From positions 23,562,001-23,626,000 of the forward strand of contig CM075988.1 in the NCBI GenBank assembly GCA_038087875.1: 64,000 nucleotides of DNA. Reading direction: 5' to 3'. A program made the position numbers and the translations under genes. The DNA is from Malacoraja senta (taxonomy: Eukaryota). Positions 61,101 to 64,000 of this stretch are shown piece after piece (the stretch's first letter is position 1; every line of letters starts with the position of its first letter). The notes beneath the pieces are model-generated. The model searched no databases and had not been told where the DNA came from. It saw only the letters and a program-made list of their open reading frames with translations.

Positions 61101-63100
61101 TTGGTTTTCCTTCAGTTACCTGGGACCCACTCACTAATATTTCCTTCCTAACTCCTCAAAACCCTATTTTCTTGAAATGAATCTGTGAACAAACTCTAAA
61201 TGACATGATCACATTTAACAGCTTTTTTCAAAAATAAAAAATGGGAAGTATGGGAAACGGCAAATCAGGCAGCATCTGTGGAAAGAGAAACAGTGACTAT
61301 TTCAGATCAAAGACCCTTCATCAGGATTGGGACGGCATGGAAATAAGTTGAAGTTCCAGAGATGGCGCCTGAGGAACTGATTGGAATAGAAGCACAATGA
61401 GTTGGAATCAGAGACATGTTCCTCGTTGAAGAAACATGGCTGTCCAAGTAAGATTTTGTCAATACCTTTTCAAAGCCCAGAAACTAAACAGAAACCATTG
61501 AGGTGAATAAGGCAAAAGACTCAAAACATAAACCTCATCAGAGGAGCAGTTTCAAAAGTAGCATTCCTGAAACAAGTTTCAATTCAACAGTAATTGAAAA
61601 TCAGAAAAACTGTGTATGTTGGAAATCTGAAATAAAAAGAGAAAATAAAAGGAGAAAATATTGGAAGCACACAAGTTAAGCATCATCTGTGAATGGCAGG
61701 TTGAAAAGTGTTTCCAGTGTCAACTGTTTTTGTTTTAGATTTCAAGCATGTGCAGTTTTTTTTATTTTCATTCACTTTTGTTGCTGTGTCCTTTAAAAAT
61801 ATATATCATTATGGAAAACATATTTTAAAGGACTATATAACTGGAATTCACTTTTAGATTACTATTCGTACCAGTACATTAGAGCCACAGTGCCTATGCT
61901 GAACCCTGATCCAATTAGTACATACTCGTGGACAATACCTCATGCTGCCTCGGTAACGCCATTATCAAGGACGAGTCACATCATGTCCACTCCCTTTTCT
62001 CCCCTCTCCCATCAGGCAAATGGTATAGAAGTGTGAAAACACACACCACCAGATTCAGGGACAGTTTCTTCCCAGCTGTTATCAGACAACTGAATCATCC
62101 TACCACAACCAGAGTGCAGTGCTGAACTATCTACCTCTTTGACGTCCCTAGGACTGTCCTTGACTGGACTTTGCTGGCTTTACCTTGTACTAAACGTGAT
62201 TCACTTATCATATATCTAGACACTGTAAAAGGATTGATTGTAATTAAGTCAAGTCAAGTTTATTCGTCACATACGCAAACGAGATGTGCAGTGAAATGAA
62301 AAATGGCAATGCTTGCGGATTGTGCAAAAAAACTACAAAACAGAATGGAACAGAATCAGTAATTACATATTTGTGGGTGAAAAAAAAAACAGCAATTAAA
62401 AAAAGACACCACACAACAGGAAATTGTACAGTAAGTTAGTCCCTGGTGAGATAGGAGTTTACAGTCCTAATGGCCTCTGGGAAGAAACTCCTTCTCATCC
62501 TCTCTGTTTTCACAGCATGGCAACGGAGGCATTTGTATTGTCTTTCTGCTGACTGGTTAGCAGGCAACAAAAAGCTTTTCACTGTACCTCTGTACACGTG
62601 ACAATAAACTAAACTGAACAATAAGGCAGCAAAACCTGATATTTCCTCACCTTGTGAACAACAGATCCAATCGTCTCGAGGGCAATTAGGAATAGACAAT
62701 AAATGTTGGGCTTACCAGTAACATCCACAATTTCAAAAATAGAATATTGGAAGAGGGCAAATTGAAAGGTGCAACAGAAAATGTTATAGGCTATATTTTA
62801 AACAGTTTATCAATAGTTTACTTTGAGGTACATTGAACCATTGTTTCATTTCCTTTACTCAAAGACTATTTTGAAACTTGCTTATATTACTTTCACAGGA
62901 GTAAGCCATTCAGTACCAGCCTTGTTGACTAACAAGATTTAAGTTACTTACCAGAGGGTTAATTCCTGGTTCATCCTCTCCCACGGACACAAGAATACTG
63001 TGCTGTTTAAGTTGAAACAAATGTGTAACTCGGAGTTTATAAGCCTGGAAGGAACTGAATTGCAAAGTCCGTGTCAGGAACCAAATATTCCCTTCGATAT
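46026..63100 (-). CDS. VPS11: Vacuolar protein sorting-associated protein 11 (HOPS/CORVET core subunit), exons 2-16; exon 1 is outside the window
   Basis: 15 exons: 62952-63100, 60076-60214, 59379-59542, 58198-58442, 56919-57120, 56197-56348, 55213-55399, 54037-54180, 52972-53169, 52147-52308, 51463-51602, 49498-49700, 47958-48129, 47278-47500, 46026-46193. They total 2648 nt with consistent phases. Recognisable motifs: [93 protein letters not shown]. Confidence 0.98.
47278..47500 (-). CDS. VPS11: VPS11 exon 15 (RING finger)
   Basis: [37 protein letters not shown]...CPTC...LHDKFQHQ. Confidence 0.96.
47958..48129 (-). CDS. VPS11: VPS11 exon 14
   Basis: [19 protein letters not shown]...[10 protein letters not shown]. 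Confidence 0.95.
48220..48498 (+). mobile_element. V-SINE (HE1-like)
   Basis: tRNA-like head, partial V-core, tail. Confidence 0.75.
48820..49350 (+). mobile_element. Degraded CR1 3' fragment
   Basis: Similarity to 17170-17505 and to the CR1 RT C-terminus. Confidence 0.7.
49498..49700 (-). CDS. VPS11: VPS11 exon 13
   Basis: [10 protein letters not shown]...[14 protein letters not shown]...LMPPLL. Confidence 0.95.
50384..51015 (+). mobile_element. Penelope-like element 3' fragment
   Basis: RFTEH...LPVAKYFN...[27 protein letters not shown] then CTGAAGAAGGGTCTCGACCCGAAA; 12-bp TSD ACCCAAGAGCAG (50372-50383, 51016-51027). Confidence 0.85.
51154..51412 (+). mobile_element. L1-clade ORF2 C-terminal fragment
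   Basis: [37 protein letters not shown] is typical of fish L1 C-termini; flanked by TAAATTAGATGTC (51141-51153, 51413-51425). Confidence 0.6.
51463..51602 (-). CDS. VPS11: VPS11 exon 12
   Basis: [16 protein letters not shown]...[12 protein letters not shown]. Confidence 0.95.
52147..52308 (-). CDS. VPS11: VPS11 exon 11
   Basis: [13 protein letters not shown]...[19 protein letters not shown]. Confidence 0.95.
52972..53169 (-). CDS. VPS11: VPS11 exon 10
   Basis: [18 protein letters not shown]...RYEYK. Confidence 0.93.
54037..54180 (-). CDS. VPS11: VPS11 exon 9
   Basis: [22 protein letters not shown]...[13 protein letters not shown]. Confidence 0.95.
54733..54919. mobile_element. Short Penelope-derived inverted-arm insertion
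   Basis: Hairpin centred on GTTTCGGCCCGAAAC; imperfect TSD CTTG(T/G)TGAGATGAA. Confidence 0.75.
55213..55399 (-). CDS. VPS11: VPS11 exon 8
   Basis: [19 protein letters not shown]...KLEEFIK. Confidence 0.95.
56197..56348 (-). CDS. VPS11: VPS11 exon 7
   Basis: [18 protein letters not shown]...GAIQQYIR. Confidence 0.95.
56919..57120 (-). CDS. VPS11: VPS11 exon 6
   Basis: TDFVSG...[16 protein letters not shown]...EKDTQTKLE. Confidence 0.95.
57783..58085 (-). mobile_element. V-SINE (HE1-like)
   Basis: Reverse-complement copy. Confidence 0.8.
58198..58442 (-). CDS. VPS11: VPS11 exon 5
   Basis: [10 protein letters not shown]...[22 protein letters not shown]. Confidence 0.93.
59379..59542 (-). 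CDS. VPS11: VPS11 exon 4
   Basis: [20 protein letters not shown]...[11 protein letters not shown]. Confidence 0.95.
60076..60214 (-). CDS. VPS11: VPS11 exon 3
   Basis: [11 protein letters not shown]...[13 protein letters not shown]. Confidence 0.95.
60629..60948. mobile_element. PIF/Harbinger-type MITE (same family as 9791-10165)
   Basis: Same TIRs, TTA TSD at 60626-60628 and 60949-60951. Confidence 0.85.
61935..62620. mobile_element. Nested Rex1/Babar-type 3' fragments (plus copy interrupted by a minus copy)
   Basis: [23 protein letters not shown] on +; [13 protein letters not shown] on -. Confidence 0.7.
62952..63100 (-). CDS. VPS11: VPS11 exon 2
   Basis: [50 protein letters not shown]; preceded by TCCTTAAC...AC (U12-type acceptor). 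Confidence 0.9.
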
Positions 63101-63118
63101 GTATTCTAATGTTAAGGA
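63101..63118 (-). other. VPS11: U12 (minor spliceosome) branch point and AC 3' splice site of VPS11 intron 1
   Basis: Minus strand reads TTCCTTAAC-attagaat-AC|ATATCGAAGGG, with no polypyrimidine tract; the AC junction restores the expected phase-1 Asp codon. Confidence 0.8.
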
Positions 63119-64000
63119 AGTAATTCATTCTCAGGAAAACTCATATGTCATGGGAAGGGAACATATGAAGGAGACAATTGTCACGAAGATAATATCAATA
63201 ATAAAAACTAATCCAACATGTGCCTGAAATTTTAATGCTGATACAGGAAAATAATATTTCCAAACTGGTCCAAACCAGCACCACAAAAATTATGAACACC
63301 AATTAAAATCACTGCTACTAAAACCCAAAAGCTATGCTTGTGATGTGAATATAATGCTTCATATAGCAGACTGAGTTGGTCGAGCATTAATGTTGAAGCA
63401 AAGATGGAGTGACACCGTCATGTTGTTTTTGGAGGGATGGTGTTGAAAGTATGGGAGAAGAAGCCAGGCGAATTAAATAAAAAGACACAAATAGTACTGA
63501 AATAACTCAGCGGGTCAGGCAACTTGTGTAGGAAAGAACTGCAGCTGCTGGTTTAAATCAAAGGTAGACCCTAAATGCTGAAGTAACTGAAGAAGCAGAA
63601 GAAGGGTCTCGATCTGAAACGTCACCCATTCATTTTCTCCAGAGATGCTGCCAGCCTGTCCCACTGAGTTACTCCAGCATTTTGGGTCAGGCAACATCTC
63701 TAGAGAACATGGATTGGCGTAGGTGCAGTGGAAAGCTGGAATAGAGGTGCAGGCCTAACAAGTGATAGGTTTGAAGAAGGATACTGACCCGAAATGTCAC
63801 CTATCCATGTTCGCCAGAGATGCTACCCGACCTGCTGAGTTACTCCACCACGTTATGTCCTTTTGCCTAAACTTGCACCTGCAGTTCCTACAAGCGAGGG
63901 GAGTTTGTATGTCAAAGGGACAGACAAAGTCCAGAGATGATTCAGAAAAAAGGCTGCGAAATAAGGCAAGAAGACTCATGAAATTTGACGCCAGAGAGAG

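Noticed and set aside
63777..63784. GTATCCTT as the U12 donor of VPS11 intron 1
   Set aside because: It lies inside a Penelope-derived repeat, with no VPS11 exon-1 coding sequence next to it.

Overview
Vertebrate genomic DNA, very probably a cartilaginous fish (skate/ray-like): this is inferred from HE1-like V-SINEs, CR1/HER1-type LINEs and a dense Penelope-derived repeat. Three spliced minus-strand genes were reconstructed by hand from splice signals and reading-frame phase. (1) VPS11 coding exons 2-16 (46026-63100); exon 1 lies outside the window and intron 1 ends in a U12-type AC acceptor. (2) A complete IFT46 (CDS 25820-38071, 301 aa), with a CpG-island first exon at about 43403-43432 whose splice donor overlaps an RFX X-box. 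(3) A complete 305-aa HEPACAM-like/CD2-SLAM-type IgV-IgC2-TM receptor with two cytoplasmic YxxL/I motifs (1328-14815). The most unexpected element is an orphan copy of the head-to-head NPRL2/CYB561D2 promoter with the first coding exon of each gene, sitting in IFT46 intron 1 (40959-41275); its CYB561D2 exon could splice in frame onto IFT46. The rest is transposon-rich: CR1 LINEs (one with an uninterrupted ORF2), Rex1/Babar and L1 fragments, Penelope fragments, many short Penelope-derived insertions with a hammerhead-like core and 12-16 bp target-site duplications (TSDs), Harbinger-type MITEs, a 1-kb TIR element and an internally deleted Gypsy-like LTR element. No prokaryotic features, CRISPR arrays, rRNA or true tRNA genes were found.
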